This document shows positions 20,943 to 32,260 of a stretch of DNA of 64,000 nt, piece after piece. The DNA is taken from positions 608,001-672,000 of the forward strand of contig CAVQBA010000006.1 in NCBI GenBank assembly GCA_963710605.1. The letters are read 5' to 3'. Under the pieces are notes generated by a model, which was given only the letters and a program-made list of their open reading frames with translations, was not told where the DNA came from and ran no database searches. The stretch comes from an uncultured cyanobacterium (GTDB lineage: Bacteria; Cyanobacteriota; Cyanobacteriia; Cyanobacteriales; Cyanobacteriaceae). Within the stretch, counting starts at the first letter, position 1. Every line of letters starts with the position of its first letter. The position numbers and the translations under genes are program-made.

Positions 20943-21049
20943 TATAGCAATTGTTAGTATTATGAAGCACATATCGATCCCCACGGGCCCCCTTATTAAG
21001 GGGGACTTACTATTTTTTGTTGTACCTCGTAAATATGGGAAAAGCTATA
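20943..21049. mobile_element. MITE-like element with TATAGC...GCTATA ends and internal CCCCCTTATTAAGGGGG hairpin
   Basis: Imperfect TIRs TATAGCAATTGTTAGTATTATGAAGCACA and TGTACCTCGTAAATATGGGAAAAGCTATA. Confidence 0.6.
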
Positions 21050-21280
21050 TACTTAATTAGATATTTTATTTGTTTCATTACTTATTCGTTAGTCGATCAA
21101 CATCTAAATGAGACAATCTGAATCAGATTTTCAGAGGCACTATTTCAACTTTTTGGTAATTTGTCTCGACATCACAGTAAAATTTCTATACAGCACGAAA
21201 AAAAAGAAAATATTCCATTAATAGCTTGTAATCAACTTAGTTTTTCTTGCTCTACTGTATTTTTTATTAAAAAATTAACT

Positions 21281-22453
21281 ATGCGTACCATCGAAGAAAT
21301 TAATCAAAAAATAGTCGATCGACAAGCCCGTGTCTGGACAGTAGAAGAATTAAAAACTAAAGTAAAAAAGCTGGGAATCAAAAAAACTTACGAACAAGTT
21401 GATGTAATTTGTACAGGTACTTTTGAACCAATGGAATCTTCAGGAGCGATACTGAATTTAGGACATACTGACCCCCCTATCAAAATTCGTCATTGTACGA
21501 TCGATAACGTTCCCGCTTATGCTGGTTTTGGAGCAGTAGATCTTTATTTGGGAGCAACTGCTTTAATGGATAAAGATGAGTCAGAGCAAGTAATTAATAA
21601 TACGATTATCGAAAAAGGTGGCGGACATATAATTGAAAAACTAGTTGCAGGAGAATCAGTTAAAGTAAAAGCCCTCGGTCATGTTACTGATTGTTATCCT
21701 CGTGCCTCATGGGAAGCTACGATTAATAAGGATAATATCAATCAGTTTTACCTTTATAATCCTCGTAATTTATATCAAAATTTTATTGTTGGAGTTAATA
21801 GTGGCGATCGAACCCTTTATACTTATTTAGGTCCTTTATTACCCCGTTTAGCGAATGCTGTGTATTCTAGTTTAGGTGCTATTTCACCCTTACTTAATGA
21901 TCCCGATTTAGAAACGATCGGTATTGGTACAAAAATATTTTTAGGTGGTGCTCAAGGATTCATCGTTGGTGAAGGCACTCAACATTTTCCCTTGCAAAAA
22001 AGACTAGCTAATCGTACCCCAATTGGTCCTTCTTCTACTTTAGCTTTAACTGCCGATGCGAAGCGAATGGATCGACAATGGGTAAGAGGTTGTTATTTCA
22101 AAAATTATGGCCCGTCTTTGATGTTAGGGGTGGGTGTGCCTTTACCTGTCCTGAATGAAAAGGTAATCGAATATTGTGCCGTCGAAGACAAAGATATTGT
22201 TGCCCCTGTAGTTGATTTTTCTATACCTCGTCGGGTACGTCCAAGTTTTGGTTTAGTTAATTATGCCCAACTCAAACACGGTAAAATTAAAATTGAAGGA
22301 CAAAAAGTAAGAGTTGCTCCCGTTGCCAGCATCTATCTTTCTCGTCAAGTTGCCAATACACTCAAACAATGGATTTTAGATGGTGAATTTACCCTCTCTC
22401 AACCAGTAGCCTCTATTGCCAACGATCGTTATTTCGTCTCTCAAGAATTATAG
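21281..22453 (+). CDS. Homocysteine biosynthesis (DUF39/HcyBio) family protein
   Basis: MRTIEEIN start, DVICTGTFEPM, AVDLYLGAT, NPRNLYQN and GEGTQH motifs. Confidence 0.85.
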   Translation: MRTIEEINQKIVDRQARVWTVEELKTKVKKLGIKKTYEQVDVICTGTFEPMESSGAILNLGHTDPPIKIRHCTIDNVPAYAGFGAVDLYLGATALMDKDESEQVINNTIIEKGGGHIIEKLVAGESVKVKALGHVTDCYPRASWEATINKDNINQFYLYNPRNLYQNFIVGVNSGDRTLYTYLGPLLPRLANAVYSSLGAISPLLNDPDLETIGIGTKIFLGGAQGFIVGEGTQHFPLQKRLANRTPIGPSSTLALTADAKRMDRQWVRGCYFKNYGPSLMLGVGVPLPVLNEKVIEYCAVEDKDIVAPVVDFSIPRRVRPSFGLVNYAQLKHGKIKIEGQKVRVAPVASIYLSRQVANTLKQWILDGEFTLSQPVASIANDRYFVSQEL

Positions 22454-22523
22454 CACTCGTGCACTTACAAAGTAAAAAACAAAAAGGCTTAACAGTTAAG
22501 AGTTAAGAGTTAGTTATTCTTTG

Positions 22524-22554
22524 ATTGTCAATTGTCAATTGTCAATTGTCAATT
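22524..22554. repeat. Heptamer STRR (ATTGTCA)x4
   Basis: Direct read; similar runs near 25125-25155 and 61405-61430. Confidence 0.8.
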
Positions 22555-23068
22555 ATTTACCGAATCCTTTATCCTCACTTTTACCAGAGTGATATAGAGC
22601 CAATTGATGGTATTTACGAGCATGAGTAATTAATTCTTCTGCTTCTTTATCACCAACATCTCTTATTTTACGAGCAGGAATACCCACCATTAACGATCGA
22701 CGTGCAACATCTTTGGTAACAACACAACCTGCACCAATAATTGAACCTTCACCGACTGTAACCCCATTAAGCACGATCGCTCCAATCCCAATTAAGCATC
22801 CTTTTTTTATATGAGCCGAATGAATAACCGCACGATGCCCGACGGTAACATAATCTTCAAGAATAGTAACCTCATCAGGGTCTCCATGCAAAATAGCACC
22901 ATCTTGAATATTGGTATAGTTACCAATTTTGATCGCTTCGACATCAGCTCTTAATACTGCTGTATGCCAAATACTCACTCCTTGCCCTAAAGCTATATCT
23001 CCCATCAATGAAGCATTTTCCGCAATAAAAGCAGAATTGGGAAAATCTTTTTGCGTCAATAAATCCAT
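22553..23068 (-). CDS. Gamma-carbonic anhydrase family (hexapeptide repeat) protein
   Basis: LRAD, TNIQDGAILH and VTVGHRAVIH motifs. Confidence 0.92.
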   Translation of the reverse strand: MDLLTQKDFPNSAFIAENASLMGDIALGQGVSIWHTAVLRADVEAIKIGNYTNIQDGAILHGDPDEVTILEDYVTVGHRAVIHSAHIKKGCLIGIGAIVLNGVTVGEGSIIGAGCVVTKDVARRSLMVGIPARKIRDVGDKEAEELITHARKYHQLALYHSGKSEDKGFGK

Positions 23069-23192
23069 TATTTAAACCCTAAAATAAACTGATCAGTACC
23101 TATGCAAAATTATTTGTAGAATAACTTTGTAGGGGTGTAAGGCTTCTTACACCCGAACGCTTGCGTCTTACGCTTCTGTCAGCGGGCTTCCA

Positions 23193-23588
23193 TCAATTTT
23201 TTCTACTACTTAACTGAATCAACTCAATTTTATAACCATTAGGATCTTCTACAAAAGCAATTACTGTCGAACCATGTTTCATCGGACCTGGCTCTCTAGT
23301 TACCTTACCATCAAGAGATTTGATTTGCTCACAAGTTTTGTAAATATCATCAACACCTAAAGCAATGTGACCGTAAGCATCACCTAAATTATAATCATCT
23401 TTACCCCAGTTGTAAGTTAATTCGATTACTGCATTGGAAGACTCATCACCATAACCAACAAATGCAAGGGTAAATTCACCGCTAGGGTAATCTTTTTTGC
23501 GTAACAACTTCATTCCTAGTACATCACAGTAGAAATCGATCGATTTATCTAAATCTCCTACCCTGAGCATTGTATGTAATACACGCAT
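23193..23588 (-). CDS. gloA: Lactoylglutathione lyase (glyoxalase I)
   Basis: [26 protein letters not shown] and [10 protein letters not shown] motifs. Confidence 0.97.
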   Translation of the reverse strand: MRVLHTMLRVGDLDKSIDFYCDVLGMKLLRKKDYPSGEFTLAFVGYGDESSNAVIELTYNWGKDDYNLGDAYGHIALGVDDIYKTCEQIKSLDGKVTREPGPMKHGSTVIAFVEDPNGYKIELIQLSSRKN

Positions 23589-23763
23589 AAATTTTTTTGA
23601 TAATTACTTATTTTACTTTTAATCTTTATTGTACTGCGGACAGACGATCGATTGATACGGTATTAATTGTTAATTGTTTACTGTTATCTGTTCACTGTTC
23701 ACTATATCAACAAAAGATTGTATTCAATTTTGAATTACAGAAGTTATTAATTAATCATTATTT

Positions 23764-24102
23764 TCAGTTGTTCAAATATTGCTCTAAATCCTCTACTAAA
23801 CGGGTTAATTCAGCTTCGGAGGTTAAGCGAATTTGTTCATCTCTAAGAGTAACCAATAATTTAGCGGCAAAAGGATTAGGATAAATATTAGGGTTACAAA
23901 AAATCTCTAAAAAAACCTTACCTGTATATTGGTATTCCATGGTTTTTTTTGGTGTTGGTTTGCCTCCCGATTTATTTTGAATCGTAATTTCTTTAAGACT
24001 CGTCATTAGATTATTGATTTCGGTACGTAAATTTTGAGCTGATTGTTCATCAAAACTAAAAGATACCGCACCCTGAATTAGGTTAATCGTGAATTGATTC
24101 AT
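23764..24102 (-). CDS. Conserved cyanobacterial hypothetical protein
   Basis: FLEIFCNPNIYPNPFAAKLLVTLRD motif; clean ATG start in a gene-dense context. Confidence 0.75.
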   Translation of the reverse strand: MNQFTINLIQGAVSFSFDEQSAQNLRTEINNLMTSLKEITIQNKSGGKPTPKKTMEYQYTGKVFLEIFCNPNIYPNPFAAKLLVTLRDEQIRLTSEAELTRLVEDLEQYLNN

Positions 24103-24215
24103 ATTGAACTGGTTAATTACAGTTTCTTATTTTATCGATCGATTAGAACATAATTGACTTTCACTTACTATTATTTAACAATTAATTTATTCAAGGTAAA
24201 AGATGAGATAATACA

Positions 24216-25055
24216 TTGACAATATCGACAGGCAGACTATACTTAGTCGCAACTCCTATAGGTAATTTAGAAGATATAACTTTTCGTGCCATCAAAACAT
24301 TACAAACAGTTGATTTGATTGCGGCTGAGGATACTAGACATACAGGGAAACTATTACATCATTACCAAATTAAAACACCGACAATTAGTTACCATCAACA
24401 TAATTATCAAAAAAGAATACCAGAGTTATTAAATAAATTAGTAGAGGGAGTTAATTTAGCTCTAGTCAGTGATGCAGGAACACCCGCAGTGTGTGATCCT
24501 GGTTACAATCTTGTTTTGGCTTGTATAGAATCCGCCATTACAGTTATACCCATACCGGGTGCGGTAGCCGCTATTAATGGTTTAATCGCTTCAGGTTTAA
24601 ATACCGATCGATTTTGCTTTGAAGGTTTTTTACCCCAAAAGAAGAAACTTAGAGATAGTTTACTTACTAGTATTCAAAAAGAAAAGCGGACTCTGATTTT
24701 TTATGAAGCACCTCATCGTTTAATTAAAACATTGACAGATTTTATGACTGTTTTCGGTGAAAATCGTCAAATCACTTTAGCTAGAGAACTAACTAAACTA
24801 TACGAACAATTCTGGTATGGTACTATAACAGAAGCGATCGTTTTTTGCCAAAATCATCAACCTAAAGGTGAATATACCATCATCGTGGCGGGTAACGATG
24901 AAAGCGAATTATTAGAATTAAACCCGACACAGATTAAAGCCGAAGTTAATAAATTAGTCGAGCAAGGAATGAGTAAAAGCGAAGCTAGCAAATACCTCGC
25001 CACACAAACTAATTTATCTCGTCGAGAAATATACCAATTAATAATTGATAATTAA
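24216..25055 (+). CDS. rsmI: 16S rRNA C1402 2'-O-methyltransferase
   Basis: LYLVATPIGNLEDIT, AAEDTR, SDAGTP, FYEAPHR and ARELTK motifs. Confidence 0.96.
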   Translation: MTISTGRLYLVATPIGNLEDITFRAIKTLQTVDLIAAEDTRHTGKLLHHYQIKTPTISYHQHNYQKRIPELLNKLVEGVNLALVSDAGTPAVCDPGYNLVLACIESAITVIPIPGAVAAINGLIASGLNTDRFCFEGFLPQKKKLRDSLLTSIQKEKRTLIFYEAPHRLIKTLTDFMTVFGENRQITLARELTKLYEQFWYGTITEAIVFCQNHQPKGEYTIIVAGNDESELLELNPTQIKAEVNKLVEQGMSKSEASKYLATQTNLSRREIYQLIIDN

Positions 25056-25221
25056 TAATTAAATCTATTAGTTTATGATTGATTGTTAGGGAATAGGCAT
25101 TTAAAAATCATTTAAAAATCATTGATTGTCAATTTTCAATTGTCAATTGTCAATTATTCTAATAGTTTTGTTATAATTTCAGCTTGAATAGTAAAGTAAC
25201 TAAATTGGATTTGTAATTATC

Positions 25222-26529
25222 TTGGCACGGGTTATTATTGAACGTTTATACAAAACCTATGGCTTGGGAGTCAAAGCTAAATCTGCATCTGGATTAAGCT
25301 CAATGTCCACTTCTAAAGAGAAAAATAACGCTAAAGAGGAGTTGAATATCTCTTCGACTTCTCAAGCAAACAAAAATACTATTTCCACTTCAGTCTTAAA
25401 AGGAATCGACTTAAAAATTGAAGATGGAGAATTTATGGTTTTAGTTGGTCCTTCTGGATGTGGTAAAAGTACATTATTAAGATTAATAGCAGGATTAGAA
25501 GATATTACAGCAGGAAATGTAACAATTGGCGATCGTGTAGTTAACGATTTACCTCCTAAAGCCAGAGATATAGCCATGGTATTTCAAAACTACGCACTTT
25601 ATCCCCATCTAAGCGTTTATGATAATATTGCTTTTGGATTAAGAAGAATGAATCAAGATCAAGGTTTTTCGCCTCAAAAATCTTTAGATGCTATTCTTAC
25701 CACAACTACTTCATGGCTTCCTACTTCATTACGTTATTTTTCAACTCAGGAAAAAAAGATTCAAACCCAAGTAGCAGAAGTTGCCCAAATGTTACAAATT
25801 GATGCTTTATTATCTCGCTTACCTAAAGAATTATCAGGAGGGCAAAAACAAAGAGTCGCTTTAGGGCGTGCTATTGCCCGAAATCCACAGGCTTTTTTAA
25901 TGGATGAACCTCTTTCTAATTTAGATGCTAAACTACGTACAGAGACTCGTATGCAGATTGTTAAACTACAAAAACAATTGAAAACGACTACTATCTATGT
26001 CACTCATGATCAAACTGAAGCGATGACAATGGGCGATCGAATTGCGGTAATGTATGGAGGAGAAATACAACAACTAGCAACGCCTTTAGAAGTCTATCAT
26101 CAACCAACTAATAAGTTTGTCGCCCAATTTATTGGTAGCCCACCGATGAATATTTTAGAAGTAGATTATTATAAACCAAATATAATCAAACACAATTATT
26201 TTAAGTTACAGTTACCACAGAAATGGCAAAAGATTTTAGAAAATTATAACTATGAAAAAATTTGGTTAGGAATACGCCCTGAGCATTTTGCCATAGCATC
26301 GGTAGATTCAGATTCGAGTTTTTCTTTTCCTGTCGTGGTTAATTTAGTAGAAGCATTAGGAAACGAAACTATTTTGACTGTTAATTTAGAAGCATATCCT
26401 GATGAGAATTTGCAAGTGAAAATATTTGGTACTCAAGTTATTAGAATAGGAGACAAACTTGATTTAACTATTAAATTAGATTTAGTTAGTTTCTTTGATT
26501 ACTACCAAGAAAAAAATGTTTTAGTTTGA
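25222..26529 (+). CDS. MalK/UgpC-type sugar ABC transporter ATP-binding protein
   Basis: GPSGCGKS, VFQNYALYPH, LSGGQKQR, MDEPLSNLD and GIRPEH motifs. Confidence 0.93.
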   Translation: MARVIIERLYKTYGLGVKAKSASGLSSMSTSKEKNNAKEELNISSTSQANKNTISTSVLKGIDLKIEDGEFMVLVGPSGCGKSTLLRLIAGLEDITAGNVTIGDRVVNDLPPKARDIAMVFQNYALYPHLSVYDNIAFGLRRMNQDQGFSPQKSLDAILTTTTSWLPTSLRYFSTQEKKIQTQVAEVAQMLQIDALLSRLPKELSGGQKQRVALGRAIARNPQAFLMDEPLSNLDAKLRTETRMQIVKLQKQLKTTTIYVTHDQTEAMTMGDRIAVMYGGEIQQLATPLEVYHQPTNKFVAQFIGSPPMNILEVDYYKPNIIKHNYFKLQLPQKWQKILENYNYEKIWLGIRPEHFAIASVDSDSSFSFPVVVNLVEALGNETILTVNLEAYPDENLQVKIFGTQVIRIGDKLDLTIKLDLVSFFDYYQEKNVLV

Positions 26530-26621
26530 TTTTTTTTAAGCTTATACATCTATATTAAAATTTAAAATTTGTTACTATCCAATTAATAATAATTAACTTT
26601 GAAATTAATCAATAATTAATA

Positions 26622-28166
26622 ATGAATAAAGATAACTTTTTAAAACAACCGATCAATCGAATTTGCTTTATTTTAATTGCTATTTTTAGTTGTCTAATTT
26701 TTATTTTAATTGGTAGTAGTAAAGTTTGTTATCAAGGTAAATGTCTTTTTGATACTCGACCTGAGGTGAAAGAATTTAGTTGGGAAAATCAAAAAGTAGG
26801 AGCAACAGACAAAGCTTTTTATCTGGTTTTCGATCGTCCAATGTCTCATGATACTGTGGAACAAAATTTAGTCATCGAACCAAATATTGATGGTCGAATT
26901 AGCTGGGCAGGAAAACGCTTAGTTTATACCCTTAATGATGTAATTACCTACGGTAGAGATTATCGTTTATCTCTTAGTAATGCCCAAGAAAAATTTCGAG
27001 GACAAAAAAAATTAGGTGCTAAAATAGAGCCATTTGTCGCTGAATTTCAAAGCCGTGAAAGAGCATTTGCTTATATTGGTAGTAAAGGCGAAGAAAGTGG
27101 TCGTTTAATTCTCAACAATTCAACTAAATTAAACAAAACAATTTTAACTCCGGCAAATTTAATTGTTATTGATTTTAAATTTACTCCTAATAATGAAAAA
27201 ATTGTCTTTTCTGCTCTTAATAATAAAGAAAATAATTCTCAAATCAAAAAGATAAATTTGTATCAAGTAGAGACAGGATTATCTAATGATTCGACAACTA
27301 GAGTGCCGGGAAAAGTTCAACTGATTTTAGATGCTGAAAAATATCAAAATAATAAGTTCGACTTAGCAGGAGATGACGGCGAAATTGTTGTGGTGCAACG
27401 TGTTAATCATCAAAATGCTCAAGATTATGATTTATGGAAACTAGAAGCAGGAAAAATACCTCAAAGATTAAATACTAAAGGTGGTGATTTTGTGGTTACT
27501 CCTGATGGTAAAAGTGTCGCCATTGCTCAAGGTGAAGGTATTTCTATTTTGCCTTTAAGTAGTCAAGAAAATCAAAATAAATCTTCTACTGTTAATTTTT
27601 TACCTAAATACGGACAAGTGTTGACTTTCTCTAATGATGGTGGTAGTGCGGCGATGATTAATTTTAATAAGGACGATTCTCAGTTACAATTTACTCGATC
27701 GTTGTTTTACGTCAACAACCAAGGTGTTGAAAAAGAATTACTCAACATTAAAGGTAATATTATTGATTGCAAATTTGGCTATAAAGATGAACAATTATTT
27801 TGTCTATTAACCGAAATACAAGAGAATGAATTAGAAGAAACATTACAAGAAAGACCTTATTTTGCCTCTATCAATTTAGAATCGGGTAAGGTTGTTCCTT
27901 TAATTGCCTTACCTAAATATCAGGATATCAAAATTAGTATGGCACCTGATGGTTTGAGATTATTATTTGATCAACTAGTTACGGAAAATGATATTAGTGA
28001 GAAAACACTAAAAGACATTGCACCTGCTGAAGAATTACTAACTGATTCGGCTGAGTTAATTGTATCTAGTCGTTTGTGGTTATTGTCTTTACCAACAACT
28101 GAATCACCTCAAGCTAAACTTGAAGAATTACCCATAGTTGGGTTTAAACCTCAATGGAGTCGATAA
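26622..28166 (+). CDS. Membrane-anchored Ig-like plus TolB-like beta-propeller hypothetical protein
   Basis: N-terminal TM segment, FDRPM..VEQNL Ig-like segment, repeated F/V-T/S-P-D-G blades. Confidence 0.7.
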   Translation: MNKDNFLKQPINRICFILIAIFSCLIFILIGSSKVCYQGKCLFDTRPEVKEFSWENQKVGATDKAFYLVFDRPMSHDTVEQNLVIEPNIDGRISWAGKRLVYTLNDVITYGRDYRLSLSNAQEKFRGQKKLGAKIEPFVAEFQSRERAFAYIGSKGEESGRLILNNSTKLNKTILTPANLIVIDFKFTPNNEKIVFSALNNKENNSQIKKINLYQVETGLSNDSTTRVPGKVQLILDAEKYQNNKFDLAGDDGEIVVVQRVNHQNAQDYDLWKLEAGKIPQRLNTKGGDFVVTPDGKSVAIAQGEGISILPLSSQENQNKSSTVNFLPKYGQVLTFSNDGGSAAMINFNKDDSQLQFTRSLFYVNNQGVEKELLNIKGNIIDCKFGYKDEQLFCLLTEIQENELEETLQERPYFASINLESGKVVPLIALPKYQDIKISMAPDGLRLLFDQLVTENDISEKTLKDIAPAEELLTDSAELIVSSRLWLLSLPTTESPQAKLEELPIVGFKPQWSR

Positions 28167-28287
28167 TAATTGATAATTACTTTTTCTGGAAAATACCATC
28201 GATAGTTAATAATTAATAAATTATTGATGATTAGTTAAAACGATCGAGTAAATTATGGATAAAGTCAAAAAAATATAAACAATTATT

Positions 28288-29202
28288 GTGCGACTAAAAC
28301 AAGTAATCATCGCCTATAAAGCTGGGGATAAAGATAGTAAGAAATGGGCGGAAAGATGTGCTAAAGAATTAGAACAAAGAGAATGTAAAGTATTATTAGG
28401 ACCTAGTGGAATCAAAGATAATCCTTATCCTGTTTTTCTGGCTTCTGCTACCCAAAAAATTGATTTAGCGATCGTTTTAGGTGGTGATGGAACAATTTTA
28501 GCCGCCTCTCGCCATCTTGCCCCTGAAGAGATACCTTTATTAGCAGTTAATGTTGGTGGACATTTAGGATTTTTGACCGAACCTTTTAGTTTGTTTCAAG
28601 AAACAGAGGCACTTTGGCACAGATTAGAAAATGATCTTTATGCAGTAGAGCGACGTATGATGCTTACTGCTCAAGTTTGGGAAAATAACCGAGACGAAAT
28701 TGAAGCTGTTAGCGATCGTTTTTTTTGTTTAAATGAAATGTGTGTTAAACCCGCTTGTTTAGATAGAATGCCCACTGCAATACTCGAAATGGAAGTTGAT
28801 GGTGAGATAGTAGATCAGTATCATGGAGATGGTTTAATTGTGGCTACGCCTACTGGCTCGACTTGTTACACAGCCTCCGCTAATGGCCGGATCGTTCATC
28901 CGGGAATGAGTGCGATCGCAGTTACGCCAATTTGTCCTTTAAGTTTATCTAGTCGTCCTTTATTGTTACCTGCTAGATCAATTATTAATATTTGGACAAT
29001 CGGAGATTACGAATTGAATAATAAATTATGGACTGATGGAGCGTTAGGAACTTCAATTTGGCCTAAACAATGGGTAAGCATACAAATGGCAGAATGTCAA
29101 GCAAAGTTTATCATTTTGCGTGAATCATATTCTTTTTACAAAACTCTCAAAAATAAATTGCAGTGGAAAGGCTCTAGAATTCATTACGAGCATAATGAAT
29201 AA
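28288..29202 (+). CDS. nadK: NAD kinase
   Basis: LGGDGT, GHLGFL, LNE and DGLIVATPTGSTCY motifs. Confidence 0.95.
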   Translation: MRLKQVIIAYKAGDKDSKKWAERCAKELEQRECKVLLGPSGIKDNPYPVFLASATQKIDLAIVLGGDGTILAASRHLAPEEIPLLAVNVGGHLGFLTEPFSLFQETEALWHRLENDLYAVERRMMLTAQVWENNRDEIEAVSDRFFCLNEMCVKPACLDRMPTAILEMEVDGEIVDQYHGDGLIVATPTGSTCYTASANGRIVHPGMSAIAVTPICPLSLSSRPLLLPARSIINIWTIGDYELNNKLWTDGALGTSIWPKQWVSIQMAECQAKFIILRESYSFYKTLKNKLQWKGSRIHYEHNE

Positions 29203-29326
29203 TCAAATTCAGTTTCTAACTATTAATTAATAAATTTACGCAGAGTGAAAACCATTGGAAATAACACGAATATCAAATTTCTATTACAATAATGAAGATA
29301 ATAATCTAAAAACTTGACATTAAGTT

Positions 29327-30103
29327 ATGACTAAAACCTTCAAATTCTTATTACTATTAATTGTCAGTTTATCTTTAACCACCACAACTAAATTTAATCC
29401 TGTTTTGGCTCAATCTAAAGATATTCCGCAACAGATTATTGATGTTGTACCTCAACTTGATTTTGCTTTTAATAATCGTGACGAAGATTTAATTAAAAAA
29501 TATATTTCAGCTAATTTCACCAACGAAGATGGCTTAAATTATCAAACCTTAAATGAGTCATTAAGACAGATGTGGTCAAGATATCAAGATTTAGAATATA
29601 CAACCACGATCGAATCTTGGCGTAGAGAAAGTAACCAATTAGTAGCGACTACAACTACTAGTATTACAGGTAGCTACCAAATCAATCAACAAAAATTCAC
29701 TTTAAATTCAATTATTAAATCTGAGCAATTTTTTGCTGATAACCAATTAGTTAAGCAAAATATACTTCAAGAAAAAAACGAAATTACTAGTGGTGAAAAA
29801 CCCCCTGTAGTGAGAGTTAACATTCCTCAAACAGTTCGCCCCGGTCAGGAGTTTGATTTGGATGTTATCTTAGAAGAACCAGTTGGTTCAGATTTAGTTT
29901 TAGGTGCCGCATTAGAAGAAAAAATAGATTCTTCTTTATATATGAAACCCTCTAGTATAGAATTAGAAGCCCTCAGTGCAGGTGGTATTTTTAAACGAGT
30001 GAAGTTATCTGAAGCTAATCAAGATCATTGGTATTCTTTCATTGTTATTCGTAATGGTGGAATTCGGATGATTACTCAAAGAGTTAATGTTAATAACAAC
30101 TAA
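29327..30103 (+). CDS. Exported NTF2-like domain hypothetical protein
   Basis: Signal peptide, NFTNEDGL and L.AGGIFK motifs. Confidence 0.65.
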   Translation: MTKTFKFLLLLIVSLSLTTTTKFNPVLAQSKDIPQQIIDVVPQLDFAFNNRDEDLIKKYISANFTNEDGLNYQTLNESLRQMWSRYQDLEYTTTIESWRRESNQLVATTTTSITGSYQINQQKFTLNSIIKSEQFFADNQLVKQNILQEKNEITSGEKPPVVRVNIPQTVRPGQEFDLDVILEEPVGSDLVLGAALEEKIDSSLYMKPSSIELEALSAGGIFKRVKLSEANQDHWYSFIVIRNGGIRMITQRVNVNNN

Positions 30104-30226
30104 CAGTATCTGGTGTGAACAGTTGACAATGAACAGATAAATAATTGTTAGTTCATACTTTTTACTTAACTTTTTCTTGTCTATATCCCTGCTCTTCATT
30201 ATTGCTCATCTTCATTATTTATCGTT

Positions 30227-32260
30227 ATGGCTAATCATTTACTTGATACTCAAAGTTTATATCTTCGTAAACACGCTGAAAATCCGATCGATTGGTGGTA
30301 TTGGGGTGAAGAGGCTTTAACACTTGCCAAGTTACAAAACAAACCTATTTTTCTATCGATCGGTTATTCTAGTTGTCATTGGTGTACGGTGATGGAAGGT
30401 GAAGCTTTTTCTGATGAATCAATAGCCGAATATTTAAATGAACATTTTATTGCAATCAAAGTCGATCGAGAAGAACGACCAGATGTTGATAATATTTACA
30501 TGACAGCTTTACAAATGATGACAGGGCAAGGAGGATGGCCATTAAATATATTTCTTTCTCCTGATGACTTAATACCCTTTTATGGCGGTACTTATTTTCC
30601 TGTCGAACCACGTTATAACAAACCCGGATTTTTACAAATTCTTGAATCCCTTAACGATTTTTATCATAATCAACCAGAAAAACTTGACAACTTAAAATCA
30701 GAAATCAAATCCGCTTTAGAAGCTAACGCTCAACTAAATACTTCTACGACAATACAACTCAACCAAGATATTTTTGAGCAAGGTATTAGCAAAAATGCTC
30801 CTGTTATTAGTCAATCTCAATCTGGCAGACCAAGTTTCCCGATGATGCCTTATGCTAATTTAACATTACAAAATTCAATTGAAAACACAGAATATCGCCA
30901 ATTAGCGATTAATCGAGCAGTAGATTTAGTTAATGGTGGAATTTATGATCATGTTGGTGGTGGTTTTCATCGTTATACAGTAGATTCTAATTGGACTGTA
31001 CCGCATTTTGAAAAGATGCTTTATGATAATGGTTTAATCATGGAGTTTTTAGCTAATTTATGGTCAACTGGTGTTGAAATAGAAGAAATAAAAGAAGCAG
31101 TTGAAGGTACTTATAATTGGTTAAAACGAGAAATGACGATCGAAGAAGGTTATTTTTCTGCTTCTCAAGATGCCGATAATTTTGCTTCAGTTAATCAAGA
31201 TGAGCCAGAAGAGGGTGATTTTTATGTATGGAGTTATCGAGATTTACAACAGATTTTGTCACCTTCAGAATTTATCGCTTTTGATCATACCTTTGAACTA
31301 AGCAAACAAGGAAACTTTGAAGGTAAAAACGTTTTACAAAAAAAAGTAGATAAGCCGATAAATACTACTATTAAAAACTGTTATCAAAAATTATTTAAAG
31401 CTCGTTATGGAGATTATCCCACAAACTTAATTAGTTTTCCTCCTGCTAGAAATAATGAAGAAGCTAAAAGTATTCCTTGGCATGGCAGAATACCTCCTGT
31501 AACTGACACAAAAATGATTTTGTCTTGGAATTGTTTAATGATTTCAGGTTTAGCCCGTGCTTATGGTGTTTTCAAACAAGAAAAGTATTTACTAGTTGCT
31601 CAAAAAGCAATGGATTTTATTTTAGCTAACCAATGGCAAAACGATCGATTATATCGACTTAATTATGATGGTGAGGTAAGTATTTTAGCTCAAGCAGAAG
31701 ATTATGCTCTATTAATTAAAGCATTACTAGATTTAACTCATAATCATTCTGACAATAGTCTTCACTATTTAGAACAAGCAATCAAAGTACAAACCGAATT
31801 TGATTTTTATTGTGGTGACCAACAAAATGGTGGTTATTATAATAATGCCAATGATAACAACGATCTTCTCCTTATTCGTGAAAAAAGCTATATTGATCAT
31901 GCTACTCCTTCAGCTAACGGAATTGCGATCGCTAATTTAGTTCGTTTAGGATTACTTACCGATAACTTAAAGTATCTAGACAAAGCTGAAAAAACACTAA
32001 ATTTATTCGCAGAAACCATGAGCAATAATCCTCTTAGTTGCCCTACTCTATTTATCGGTTTTGATTGGTATCTGCAAGGTAGTAGCGTCAAAACCAACTT
32101 AGATATTAAACATAAATTATTAGCTCAGTATTTACCCACCACAATTTACCAAATTAGTGATGATTTACCTGAAAATAGTATTGGTATTGTTTGCAAAAGA
32201 TTATCTTGTTTTGAACCTGCAACCACTCAAAACAAACTTTTAGAACAAATTCAAAGTTAA
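30227..32260 (+). CDS. YyaL/SSP411-family thioredoxin-domain protein
   Basis: SIGYSSCHWCTVME, KVDREERPD, GGWPLN and VPHFEKMLYDN motifs. Confidence 0.95.
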   Translation: MANHLLDTQSLYLRKHAENPIDWWYWGEEALTLAKLQNKPIFLSIGYSSCHWCTVMEGEAFSDESIAEYLNEHFIAIKVDREERPDVDNIYMTALQMMTGQGGWPLNIFLSPDDLIPFYGGTYFPVEPRYNKPGFLQILESLNDFYHNQPEKLDNLKSEIKSALEANAQLNTSTTIQLNQDIFEQGISKNAPVISQSQSGRPSFPMMPYANLTLQNSIENTEYRQLAINRAVDLVNGGIYDHVGGGFHRYTVDSNWTVPHFEKMLYDNGLIMEFLANLWSTGVEIEEIKEAVEGTYNWLKREMTIEEGYFSASQDADNFASVNQDEPEEGDFYVWSYRDLQQILSPSEFIAFDHTFELSKQGNFEGKNVLQKKVDKPINTTIKNCYQKLFKARYGDYPTNLISFPPARNNEEAKSIPWHGRIPPVTDTKMILSWNCLMISGLARAYGVFKQEKYLLVAQKAMDFILANQWQNDRLYRLNYDGEVSILAQAEDYALLIKALLDLTHNHSDNSLHYLEQAIKVQTEFDFYCGDQQNGGYYNNANDNNDLLLIREKSYIDHATPSANGIAIANLVRLGLLTDNLKYLDKAEKTLNLFAETMSNNPLSCPTLFIGFDWYLQGSSVKTNLDIKHKLLAQYLPTTIYQISDDLPENSIGIVCKRLSCFEPATTQNKLLEQIQS

